From an uncultured virus (IMG/VR IMGVR_UViG_3300027627_000004) (taxonomy: Duplodnaviria > Heunggongvirae > Uroviricota > Caudoviricetes): 64,000 bases of DNA. The notes under the pieces were generated by a model that was not told the origin of the DNA, did no database searches, and worked only from the letters and a program-made list of their open reading frames with translations. Numbering within the stretch: the stretch's first letter is position 1; each line of letters begins with the position of its first letter. Both the position numbers and the translations under genes were made by a program. Below, one piece after another: positions 1 through 8,077 of this stretch. The stretch lies in the IMG/VR virus record IMGVR_UViG_3300027627_000004; one strand, 5' to 3'.

Positions 1-89
1 GATAAAATTTTAGCTAAAATATCTTGTGACATTAATTACCCCCGATTAATTAATCTTAAGGTTTAAAAGGGTAGTCCCTTTTATTGTTC

Positions 90-776
90 TTAGGACGCAG
101 GTATTTGATTTTTCTCGATTCTTGATTTAGCTATTTCAAAATATTTTTCATCTTTTTCAATCCCAATAAAATTACGACTTGTATTGATACAAGCTACACC
201 TGTTGAGCCAGATCCCATAAAAGGGTCGAAAACCGTTTCTCCTGTAAGGGTGCTGTTTTGTATATAGTATTCCAATAATTCTGTGGGTTTTTCTGTTGGA
301 TGTTCTTTAAATTTGGGTAAATTAAAGCGGTGAATTGTTGCAGAACTTGGGTTATAAATCCTGCGAGCTTTGCCCTTATATCCCAAAATAATATACTCTG
401 CATTTTTTCTATACCAGCGATTTACAAATCCTTTATTCCCTTTATCCCATACCAAAAGATTGTGTGTTCTAAATTTTGATTTTTCAAATAACACTAAAAA
501 CTCTGATAGATTCAGGAAGTTAGTAAACCAATATATATGAGATTGTGGAACCATTTTTTGATAAAGTAGGTCTAAAAACTCAACAGTAAATTTAAAATCG
601 TTGTGGATAAATATTTTTCCGTCGTTTTTCCAATCTCCACCTTTATAAAAAGTGCTTGCTGTTTTGGTTTGTCCACCAGAAATTACACGGTAAGGAGGAT
701 CGGTGACAATACAGTTGATGCTATTGTCGGGGATTTTCGCCATTTCAATAAGGCAGTCGCCAAGATAAAGCTGCAT
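90..776 (-). CDS. DNA methyltransferase, N6-A/N4-C beta class
   Basis: DPPY catalytic motif, HPTEKP, DPFMGSGSTG SAM-binding motif, GIEKD. Confidence 0.95.
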   Translation of the reverse strand: MQLYLGDCLIEMAKIPDNSINCIVTDPPYRVISGGQTKTASTFYKGGDWKNDGKIFIHNDFKFTVEFLDLLYQKMVPQSHIYWFTNFLNLSEFLVLFEKSKFRTHNLLVWDKGNKGFVNRWYRKNAEYIILGYKGKARRIYNPSSATIHRFNLPKFKEHPTEKPTELLEYYIQNSTLTGETVFDPFMGSGSTGVACINTSRNFIGIEKDEKYFEIAKSRIEKNQIPAS

Positions 777-842
777 TCAGACCTCAGAATAAATTTGTTT
801 CTCTGAGATCAATTATATTTAATAAAAATCAAGGTTACTTTT

Positions 843-1112
843 CTACACTGTAACTGGCTTGTAATGTGCTATGAAACTATGGAATGCCCTAAAACTACGA
901 ATCTTATATTTTCTCAATCTCTTTGCATAATCTATTTCTACATATTTATATCTGACAGCACATATCCGCTTTAATTCTTTTTTAGAATATTCCCTTTTCG
1001 GTTTAAGATACTTTATATATTTATTATTGAAGCCTATATACAGATCTAAATGCCCCTGTAACCTGTCTATCTTTTTGGTTGTAACCCAACTCTGTCTATT
1101 CATTCTGCTCAT
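843..1112 (-). pseudogene. C-terminal fragment of IS1-like transposase
   Basis: MSRMNRQSWVTTKKIDRLQGHLDLYIGFNN resembles the IS1-family C-terminal helix; lies inside the TIRs directly after the Zn-ribbon fragment; central DDE core missing. Confidence 0.55.
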
Positions 1113-1130
1113 ATCGTGTATGCGCTTTAA

Positions 1131-1352
1131 TTAGACATGATTCAATAAATCGGGTTTATGTTGTTTGTAAGTGTCCTTGAAAGAGGATGCGGAGAATGAT
1201 TTTTTACAGGATTTACATTGGTATCTTGGGATTAAATGGTGGTCATGTCTTGCTCTAAAATACCCTTTTTTGATGTAAAAATCTTTATAGGGCTTGGTGT
1301 TGCAGGTGCAATTTGGGTTAGGGCAGTGTGTGGGTAAATTATTCATTTTCAA
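1131..1352 (-). pseudogene. N-terminal Zn-ribbon fragment of IS1-like transposase (InsA-like)
   Basis: CPNPNC...RYQCKSCKKSF zinc ribbon starting just inside the right TIR; truncated at 73 aa. Confidence 0.7.
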
Positions 1353-1491
1353 TTCCTCCTATATTCTTATTCGGAGGTAATATAAAAATACTTTAGGACT
1401 ATTTATAAAAGCAATTGAATCAGGTGTTATAAAATAGTTAGGAACAATAAAAGGGACTACCCTTTAAGGTTTAATAACAGGAGGAACAATC

Positions 1492-2028
1492 ATGTTTTAC
1501 AAAATTTTAATGTTATCTTTGTTTTTTACAGGATGTGGCTTTAAAAAGAAAAATCCAGAACCTAATCCACCACCAGTAGTGGAACAACCTACCGAACCTC
1601 GTAAACCTGTTCCTTTACCTAAACCCAAACCTATACCACCACCAAAACCAAAACCAGATCCAGTACCCCCAACAGATGGAGATGTTTCTGGCTTAGTGTC
1701 TGCAATGAACAAAGCTAGGGCTGACCGAGGTTTAGCTGCTGTAACTATTGAACTGGGTTTAAATTGTGCGGCACAGCGACATTCAAAAGATATAGGTCCA
1801 AAGAATTTATGTAGTCATACAGGTACGGATGGTAGCGATTTTACTCAACGTGCAAGAGACTGTAATACTTCCGCCTTAGCTGAAATTTTAGCTTGTGGTC
1901 AAGGTAGTGCAGAACAAGCAGTGCAAGCTTGGACGTTTTCTCCACTTCATGCGGCTATACTTTACGGACCTAGTACGGTGGTAGGTGTGGGTATGGTAAA
2001 TAATCATTGGGTAGCGGTCTGGCGTTAA
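1492..2028 (+). CDS. CAP/SCP-domain lipoprotein with Pro-rich linker
   Basis: Lipobox-like FFTGC, PKP repeats, NKARADRGL, AAQRHSKD, SHTGTDGS, EILACG, WTFSPLHAAIL; RBS aggagg. Confidence 0.85.
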   Translation: MFYKILMLSLFFTGCGFKKKNPEPNPPPVVEQPTEPRKPVPLPKPKPIPPPKPKPDPVPPTDGDVSGLVSAMNKARADRGLAAVTIELGLNCAAQRHSKDIGPKNLCSHTGTDGSDFTQRARDCNTSALAEILACGQGSAEQAVQAWTFSPLHAAILYGPSTVVGVGMVNNHWVAVWR

Positions 2029-2054
2029 ACCATAGCATTATAAGATTTAGTATC

Positions 2055-2234
2055 ATGAAATTTATAAAAAAAGTTACTGCTCAAAAACTTATTTGGGCAC
2101 CTACTAAGGTACATCAAAAACTAAAACAAGTTGTAGACCTTGCAAATCTAGAGCTAGGTAATACTGTCTTTTTGCAAGCTACCCGTGAATTTCATGATGA
2201 TGTGCCCCAATTTTCACGCTTTTCTAATTCATAA
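2055..2234 (+). CDS. Small hypothetical protein with putative head-targeting leader (possibly truncated)
   Basis: Starts MKFIKKVTA; AGATT motif at 2043. Confidence 0.5.
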   Translation: MKFIKKVTAQKLIWAPTKVHQKLKQVVDLANLELGNTVFLQATREFHDDVPQFSRFSNS

Positions 2235-2342
2235 ACTAATTCCTTTACTCGCGCACCTACCAAATCTTGTGCTATCAAGCGTGCATCGGTTTCCGAAATT
2301 GTTAGATAAGTACTTCAAAACAAACTTACACTAGACAATATA

Positions 2343-2819
2343 ATGGCTAAAATTTATAAACTTGCCGAAGAAAGTATTGATGAATGGGAAGATCAGCAGA
2401 TTGAAGAAATTCAAAATAGTATTATAAAAGATCCAGTAGGCTACTTTGTAGATGAAGAAGGAATGTCTATAGAAGATCTAGCTAAAACAAATTTTATGCA
2501 AATTGATTACACCACTCGCCTCAAGATTCAAGCATCGAGGGCGGTGCATTTCTTAGCGTTCATTGTCGCGCAACGCGGTCTGGACGAATTTGAGCAGTTT
2601 CTTATAGCGCCCGATGCGTATCATTTCGTAAGGTGCGATGTCACCAAGAAGTGCGTTTGGCGTCCGAAGCCAAAGCACGACCTTCTGCGGATCTTGAAAG
2701 TACTCACCAATCAATTTGAGACGAGGCAGCACTTCTGCCCTATCGCCTGCCGTGGCTTTTATTTCTTTAAGCAATTCCAGGAGCGTAAGTCACTAACTCG
2801 CCTCAAAGATTCAGGTTAA
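2343..2819 (+). pseudogene. Acidic phage protein apparently interrupted at ~2515; the rest of the ORF is likely antisense read-through
   Basis: AT-rich acidic first ~57 aa, then an abrupt shift to GC-richer DNA that encodes a recognisable domain on the opposite strand. Confidence 0.4.
2553..2774 (-). CDS. MbcA/ParS/Xre-type antitoxin toxin-binding domain (possibly 5'-truncated)
   Basis: YFQDPQKVVLWLRTPNALLGDIAPYEMIRIGR matches the WLxxPNxxLgxxxPxxL signature. Confidence 0.75.
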   Translation of the reverse strand: MLKEIKATAGDRAEVLPRLKLIGEYFQDPQKVVLWLRTPNALLGDIAPYEMIRIGRYKKLLKFVQTALRDNER

Positions 2820-2841
2820 AACCTGATTTTTGAGGTACTTC

Positions 2842-3618
2842 ATGGATACTACATACCCTTGGCTTATGCTCGGTGACTGCTTAGAAAAAATGAAAACAAT
2901 ACCGGATGGCTCGGTAGATATGATTCTTTGCGATTTGCCTTATGGGACAACTGCCTGCAAATGGGACCGAATTATTCCTTTTGAACCCTTATGGGAACAG
3001 TATTGGCGTATGATTAAAAAAAACGGAGCGATTGTTTTATTCGGAAGTGAACCGTTTTCTTCTCATTTAAGACTCAGCGCAATGAGATATTTTAAATATG
3101 ATTGGATCTGGCAAAAGGATAAAGCTGGAAATTGGGCAGCATGTAAACATCAGCCTATGAAGACGTTTGAAATAGTTAGCGTCTTTTCTAAAAAAGGTCA
3201 TAATTTTTTTCCGCTTATGGACACAAGACCTGTTGAGAATCGGAGAGTCAACAAGCCCCGTCAAAACTCATCGGAAACAAACGTGTCCTTAAAAGACTTC
3301 TATACAGCAGAAAGCGTTGGAAATAGTGACCAGAAATATCCTATCGCAATTCGTTATTTTAATTCAGTTAGAAATAATGTCCATCCAACCCAAAAGCCCG
3401 TCGCTCTTTTAGAATACTTCATTCGCACCTACACCCTCGAAGGTGAAATCGTCCTTGATAATACAATGGGATCTGGGTCAACGGGTATTGCCTGTGTCAA
3501 TACAAATCGAAAATTTATTGGTATTGAGAAAGACGAGAAATACTTTGGAATAGCTCAAAGCCGTATTCAATCCGCTATTGATGAAAAGTCCCAGTTACTT
3601 TTCTCTGATGTGTCTTAG
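2842..3618 (+). CDS. DNA methyltransferase, beta class (cassette copy 1)
   Basis: [21 protein letters not shown]; start set at ATG 2842 after RBS gaggt. Confidence 0.95.
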   Translation: MDTTYPWLMLGDCLEKMKTIPDGSVDMILCDLPYGTTACKWDRIIPFEPLWEQYWRMIKKNGAIVLFGSEPFSSHLRLSAMRYFKYDWIWQKDKAGNWAACKHQPMKTFEIVSVFSKKGHNFFPLMDTRPVENRRVNKPRQNSSETNVSLKDFYTAESVGNSDQKYPIAIRYFNSVRNNVHPTQKPVALLEYFIRTYTLEGEIVLDNTMGSGSTGIACVNTNRKFIGIEKDEKYFGIAQSRIQSAIDEKSQLLFSDVS

Positions 3619-3629
3619 CCCGAAAAGCT

Positions 3630-3850
3630 GGAAGCCAAATGGAAGCCAAAAGGAAGCCACGAGGGGTGACGAAGGGTGATATTGAGTGATGGTTGAGGGA
3701 AAAGCGTCTTGATAACCTACTAATTCCTTTGGTTTTAAGTTTCAGGTAGTTATCGTAGACTAACGGAAAGAGCTTTAAGTATTTTGGCGGATTCGGTTCA
3801 ATTTCAATGATTTCAATGACTTGAATATCAAGGAAGCCACCAGGAAGCCA
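3630..3850. repeat. attP-like site R1 (3x GGAAGCCA - core tggcggattcggt - 2x GGAAGCCA)
   Basis: GGAAGCCA at 3630, 3641, 3652, 3832, 3843; core 3785-3797; closely similar to R2. Confidence 0.85.
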
Positions 3851-3859
3851 GCTACATTG

Positions 3860-4315
3860 TTATTCTACTAAGTTCTCTAATAACCAAGCTGCCGATTTCC
3901 TATCTTGAGGAACGGAAGGTGGACCGTAATCTCTCGCTATTTGTTTAAATTCTTTTATTGAGTAGCTTTTATCTTCCACCCATTCTTCTGAAGCAGCATT
4001 AAATACCCCTGTAGCATCTATGCCTTTGCCCATCACCTCGACATAGGCGTGAATCGTACCTGTACCGTAGTTTATTTTTAACTTTGGGGAGTAACCTTGT
4101 TTTTTAAGTAAGTCGTAAACAGCTAAAGCCATCCCCCAACAACCACCAGTTAGGAAATAATCCTTAATCCATCCGATGCCATTTACAACTTTTGGTAGTT
4201 TTTTAAAATCATGAAGTTTTACTTTTCTAGTATTAAATTTACTTCCAGGTATCCCATAGCCAATCAAATCTGCCATCACTGAATATTTTTTTTGTACTTT
4301 GACTAAGAAGCTCAT
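3860..4315 (-). CDS. Putative virion-packaged Cys-His-Asp (papain/transglutaminase-like) protein
   Basis: Leader MSFLVKVQKKYSVMAD; GGCWGMALAV...IHAYVE...IDATG triad pattern; RBS aggag; AGATT motif at 4342-4346 on the minus strand. Confidence 0.6.
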   Translation of the reverse strand: MSFLVKVQKKYSVMADLIGYGIPGSKFNTRKVKLHDFKKLPKVVNGIGWIKDYFLTGGCWGMALAVYDLLKKQGYSPKLKINYGTGTIHAYVEVMGKGIDATGVFNAASEEWVEDKSYSIKEFKQIARDYGPPSVPQDRKSAAWLLENLVE

Positions 4316-4356
4316 TTTTTCTTTTCTCCTTACATCAATAAAATCTTAGGGGATGG

Positions 4357-4578
4357 GGAAGCCAAATGGAAGCCATTTGGAAGCCACGAAGGGTGACGTG
4401 GCGTGATATCGGGTGATGGTTGAGGGAAAAGCGTCTTGATAACCTACTAATTCCTTTGGGTTTAAGTTTCAGGTAGTTATCTTAGATTAACGGAAAGGGC
4501 TTTAAGAATTTTGGCGGATTCGGTTCAATTTCAATGATTTCAATTGCTTGAATATCAAGGAAGCCACCGGGGAAGCCA
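4357..4578. repeat. attP-like site R2
   Basis: GGAAGCCA at 4357, 4368, 4379, 4559, 4571; core 4512-4524. Confidence 0.85.
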
Positions 4579-4633
4579 GTTCTCACTAACTCACCTCAAA
4601 GATTCAGGTAGAAACCTGATCTCTGAGGACTTT

Positions 4634-5398
4634 ATAAATACTATATACCCCCGACTCATGCTCGGTGATTGCCTAGAGCGCATGAAAGAAATACCGGACG
4701 GCAGTGTTGATATGATTTTGTGTGATCTGCCCTACGGAACGACCGCTTGTAAGTGGGACGTAGTAATACCGTTTGAACCACTTTGGGAACAGTATTGGCG
4801 AGTACTAAAGCCGAATGGAGCTGTCGCCTTATTTAACACCTATCCTTTTGGTTTTTATTTAGGGATTAGTCAGATTGAATATTTCAGATACGAGTGGATT
4901 TGGAAAAAAACTATAGCCACTAATTTTCTGCATGTAAAAAAGCAGCCAGCAAAAAAACACGAACTAGTATCAATTTTTTATAAAAAACAACCCACATATA
5001 ACCCTCAGATGGAAAGCGGAAAGCCGTATAAAGATACTATACGAAATAGAACTGAGGGGTATTTTAATGGCAGAAAAACAAGCAAAATTGCTATTGATAA
5101 TCAAGGTTACAGATTCCCTTGTACAATTCAAGAATTTAGCAATGGAAATAATAAGAACGTACACCCCACCCAAAAGCCTGTCGCACTACTTGAATACCTA
5201 GTAAAGACGTATACAAATGAAGGCGAAATCGTACTTGATAATACGATGGGCAGCGGTTCGACGGGTGTAGCCTGTGTTAATATTAACCGTAAATTCATTG
5301 GCATCGAAAAAGACGAAAAATACTTCGAGATAGCCTCAAACCGTATTCAAGCGGCTATTGATGAAAAATCCCAATTACTTTTCTCGGACGTGTCTTAG
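4634..5398 (+). CDS. DNA methyltransferase, beta class (cassette copy 2)
   Basis: [21 protein letters not shown]; position homologous to the copy-1 ATG is ATA (4634), next ATG 4658; the ORF-track start 4544 lies inside R2. Confidence 0.9.
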   Translation: MNTIYPRLMLGDCLERMKEIPDGSVDMILCDLPYGTTACKWDVVIPFEPLWEQYWRVLKPNGAVALFNTYPFGFYLGISQIEYFRYEWIWKKTIATNFLHVKKQPAKKHELVSIFYKKQPTYNPQMESGKPYKDTIRNRTEGYFNGRKTSKIAIDNQGYRFPCTIQEFSNGNNKNVHPTQKPVALLEYLVKTYTNEGEIVLDNTMGSGSTGVACVNINRKFIGIEKDEKYFEIASNRIQAAIDEKSQLLFSDVS

Positions 5399-5409
5399 TC
5401 CGAAAAGCT

Positions 5410-5497
5410 GGAAGCCAAATGGAAGCCAAAAGGAAGCCAAGAGACGTGACGAGGGTGTGATGCTGAGTGATGGTTGAGAGAAAAGCGTCTCGGTAAC
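5410..5497. repeat. Truncated att-like site R3 (left arm only, no core)
   Basis: GGAAGCCA at 5410, 5421, 5432; similarity to R1/R2 ends at ~5497. Confidence 0.8.
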
Positions 5498-5690
5498 TAA
5501 GTATCTTTTAGTATTTTCCGTATAACCAATAAGATTAATTATCCTCATATGAAGGATACGAAATGGGTTTTCTTTGAAAATTAGAACATAAATATATTAC
5601 GGTATATCGGGCGGGCATAGGACGAATTTCGTGGATGAAACTGATAAATCTGCTTTTGAGATTAAATGCTTTTAACGGAGGGTAATAACA

Positions 5691-6086
5691 GTGAAATTCT
5701 TAAGAAACATTCAGGCAAAATACGGGATTGCCGCAGATGGAAAACAGAAGAAGTTTCTAGGCAAGACGGCTCGGGATGTTCCTTTCGTCGAGTACGCGAC
5801 GAAAGACTCACCGTTTGCGCTCTACATCAACAAGTTGGGGGAGTATGGAGTCAACATACACGTCTATCAAGCGTTCAAGCGGAAAGATTCGTACAAGGCG
5901 ATGCAGAAGGTAGTTTCCAAGGCTTGGAACTTTCACGGCAAACAGTCATCAACTCTGCACATGATACAAGCTCTACGCTTGGGGAACCTATTGATGACCC
6001 TCTATGCATCTCACCCAGATGCCCCTCCAGATTCTCGGGAAGCGGCGACGAAGTGGGCGCATGACCAACCCAAGGTGAAGGATTAG
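5691..6086 (+). CDS. Hypothetical protein with putative head-targeting leader
   Basis: GTG start after ggaggg; MKFLRNIQAKYGIAAD; AGATT at 5659. Confidence 0.7.
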   Translation: MKFLRNIQAKYGIAADGKQKKFLGKTARDVPFVEYATKDSPFALYINKLGEYGVNIHVYQAFKRKDSYKAMQKVVSKAWNFHGKQSSTLHMIQALRLGNLLMTLYASHPDAPPDSREAATKWAHDQPKVKD

Positions 6087-6109
6087 CATATCAAATCCCG
6101 CTTGGTGAT

Positions 6110-6290
6110 CGAGGGCGAAATCATCCTTGATAATACTATGGGCAGCGGTTCTACAGGTATCGCCTGTGTGAACACCAAGCGCAAGTTTATTGGGATTGAG
6201 AAAGACGAAAAATACTTCGGGATAGCTCAAAACCGTATTCAGGCGGCTATTGATGAAAAGTCCCAATTACTTTTCTCAGATGTGTCTTAG
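6110..6290 (+). pseudogene. 3' fragment of cassette methyltransferase (copy 3)
   Basis: [16 protein letters not shown]...[14 protein letters not shown], same C-terminus as copies 1 and 2; catalytic half missing. Confidence 0.9.
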
Positions 6291-6301
6291 CCTCAAAAGC
6301 T

Positions 6302-6483
6302 GGAAGCCAAAAGGAAGCCAAAAGGAAGCCACGGTGGGTGACGAAGCGTGATATCGGGTGATGGTTGACCGAAAAGCGTCTTGATAACCTACTAATTCCT
6401 TTGGTTTTAAGTTTCAGGTAGTTATCGTAGACTAACGGAAATTGCGTTAGTTATTTTGGCGGATTCGGTGAGGTTTTAAACCC
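6302..6483. repeat. Hybrid att site R4 (left arm + core + tRNA-3'-like fragment)
   Basis: GGAAGCCA at 6302, 6313, 6324; core 6457-6469; similarity to R1/R2 stops exactly after the core; minus strand reads ...aacctcaccgaatccgcca. Confidence 0.75.
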
Positions 6484-6674
6484 AAACAAATTGTTTGGCT
6501 GGGGTGGCATGATTTATTTTATATCACGCAAAATTTACCACGGAGATCCGAGAGTTATCAAGCGGGGTTTGCTAAGAATGATGCGGAGAAAATGCAACTG
6601 CTAGATATGCTTAAGAATAACGAAAAGTAATCAAAAAACCTCTTTAGCTCGCGGCTTTTCATAGGGCGTTCTAG

Positions 6675-7160
6675 GTGGTGCAAGTATTCATAAGTTCGGG
6701 GGGACTTATGAGCTTAAATACGGATTTTGCGCTGTTTTCAGACCTTGAGATAAAACAGCATTTAAAACTACTCGGCATCACTAACCGCGCCGACTGGGAA
6801 AGTATATGTCCAAACTCAATGAAAGAGGCTTCTAAACGAGGAGATAAACGGTTTTACAAAATCACCGAGGGTGTGGCTTTACTGCGAAAGCCTGCAACGA
6901 AAAAACGCAAATTCATGAATGGACACAACCTGCCTTTGAATTATTGCTCAAGACATAAAATACTCAATATTAGTCAATTAAAACAGATGAATCCAAACAT
7001 GCTAAAATACTGCCCTTACCCTGATGGCAGTGAGTTCTGGCAAGCTGTCCGAATTATGCTCCGAATGGATAAATTGCCGAACGATTTCGATCCCATTGAA
7101 TCGACACTGCCTTTAGGCATTGAACACTTAAGGGAGCTAGGCTTTTCACCACCAAAATAA
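6675..7160 (+). CDS. Hypothetical protein of the integrated element (start may be ATG 6708)
   Basis: 161-aa ORF convergent with the HTH gene; gggggac before ATG 6708. Confidence 0.6.
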   Translation: MVQVFISSGGLMSLNTDFALFSDLEIKQHLKLLGITNRADWESICPNSMKEASKRGDKRFYKITEGVALLRKPATKKRKFMNGHNLPLNYCSRHKILNISQLKQMNPNMLKYCPYPDGSEFWQAVRIMLRMDKLPNDFDPIESTLPLGIEHLRELGFSPPK

Positions 7161-7709
7161 GCGTCTCGGCTTATTAGATACTATGTTTTCACCTAGTTTT
7201 TCGCGGCAAGCATCGACGGCAGCGGCTAGTATGTCGTTCTTACTTAAGCCCTCAACATCAAGCGTAGCACCGGCTCGCTGCGGTGCGGGTAGCATTTTAA
7301 GTGTATTTAACTCTGCGGTTAAAGCATCCAGCTTATCTTGAATAGCATCTAATTGCCTGGAAGACGCTTCACGCTCGGCTTTGAGGGATTGCCTTAGCTC
7401 GCTGTTTTCTTCGGTCATCCGATCCATGAGCGTTTTCATTGTCGCCACAACTGTTCCGACAAGGTCGGATGGCTGTTCGGACGGTTGTTTGTTGCTGCGT
7501 TCGGACGACCGTTTAGCTGTTTTTGGTGTGCGGAGTTTTCCCTCGGCACCTAACCTCACGACTAAATCGGATACCTCTGCCAAATCGACACAGGCGGTAT
7601 TGCCAGAAATGGTTTTTTTGAGCGCAGCCTCTTTAACGTAGATCGAAAGCCTTGACCTTGAGATGCCTAAGCGACGCGCAGCTTCCGAAATCGTAATCAT
7701 TTCAGGCAT
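7146..7709 (-). CDS. HTH + coiled-coil DNA-binding protein (Xis/MerR-like HTH, plasmid-type)
   Basis: ITISEAARRLGISRSRLS HTH, long coiled coil, C-terminal PRRLFWW; start coupled to the upstream TAA (TAATG). Confidence 0.75.
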   Translation of the reverse strand: MPEMITISEAARRLGISRSRLSIYVKEAALKKTISGNTACVDLAEVSDLVVRLGAEGKLRTPKTAKRSSERSNKQPSEQPSDLVGTVVATMKTLMDRMTEENSELRQSLKAEREASSRQLDAIQDKLDALTAELNTLKMLPAPQRAGATLDVEGLSKNDILAAAVDACREKLGENIVSNKPRRLFWW

Positions 7710-7867
7710 TAATCTGCTCCATCCGAATCTGCGGGTGGGCATCGGTCCAAGAACGATTCTGTCTCATCGTCTTCATCCGGCTCATCAGTTTTTAGGTTTA
7801 CATCGTATAAATCATACGACACTGAGACAATTTTGTATTTATTTTGAATCTTAGTTTTCCAGGTCAT
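7709..7867 (-). CDS. 52-aa acidic peptide with phage-like leader
   Basis: Strong RBS ggaaggagagg before ATG 7867; MTWKTKIQNKYKIVSVSYDLYDVNLKTDEPDEDDETESF. Confidence 0.6.
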   Translation of the reverse strand: MTWKTKIQNKYKIVSVSYDLYDVNLKTDEPDEDDETESFLDRCPPADSDGAD

Positions 7868-8077
7868 AGCCTCTCCTTCCGGCATTGAATCTTTAGCTGC
7901 CTGAAGCCATGCAATCTTTTGGCTGTCTGAAGCCATGTGAACCTCTGGTTGCCTGAAGCCGAATTAACCGCTTGGCTGGCTTTAGTCTCTCATCCCTACC
8001 CTTCGGGTGGGGTACCCCCGTTCAAATCGATTCTGAGAGGTTTTAGAGCCTCCTGAGAGGGTAAGCTCTGTGTCTCA

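Larger units (their letters stand above)
66..1465 (-). mobile_element. Non-autonomous IS1-family-like derivative carrying a DNA methyltransferase passenger
   Basis: Perfect 24-bp terminal inverted repeat (aaagggtagtcccttttattgttc at 66-89; gaacaataaaagggactacccttt at 1442-1465), flanked by direct repeat aaggttta (58-65, 1466-1473); contains N- and C-terminal transposase-like fragments. Confidence 0.8.

Noticed and set aside
4544..4633. N-terminal extension of MTase copy 2
   Set aside because: Lies within att repeat R2 and the RBS hairpin; no counterpart in copy 1
5666..6266. Alternative ORFs 5666-6064 (+) and 5988-6266 (-)
   Set aside because: Overlap the better-supported 5691-6086 gene (RBS, leader) and the MTase fragment
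3630..6469. R1-R4 as a CRISPR array or integron attC sites
   Set aside because: Units are ~220 bp with gene-sized spacers and direct rather than palindromic internal repeats; no RYYYAAC/GTTRRRY box pair recognised and no cas genes
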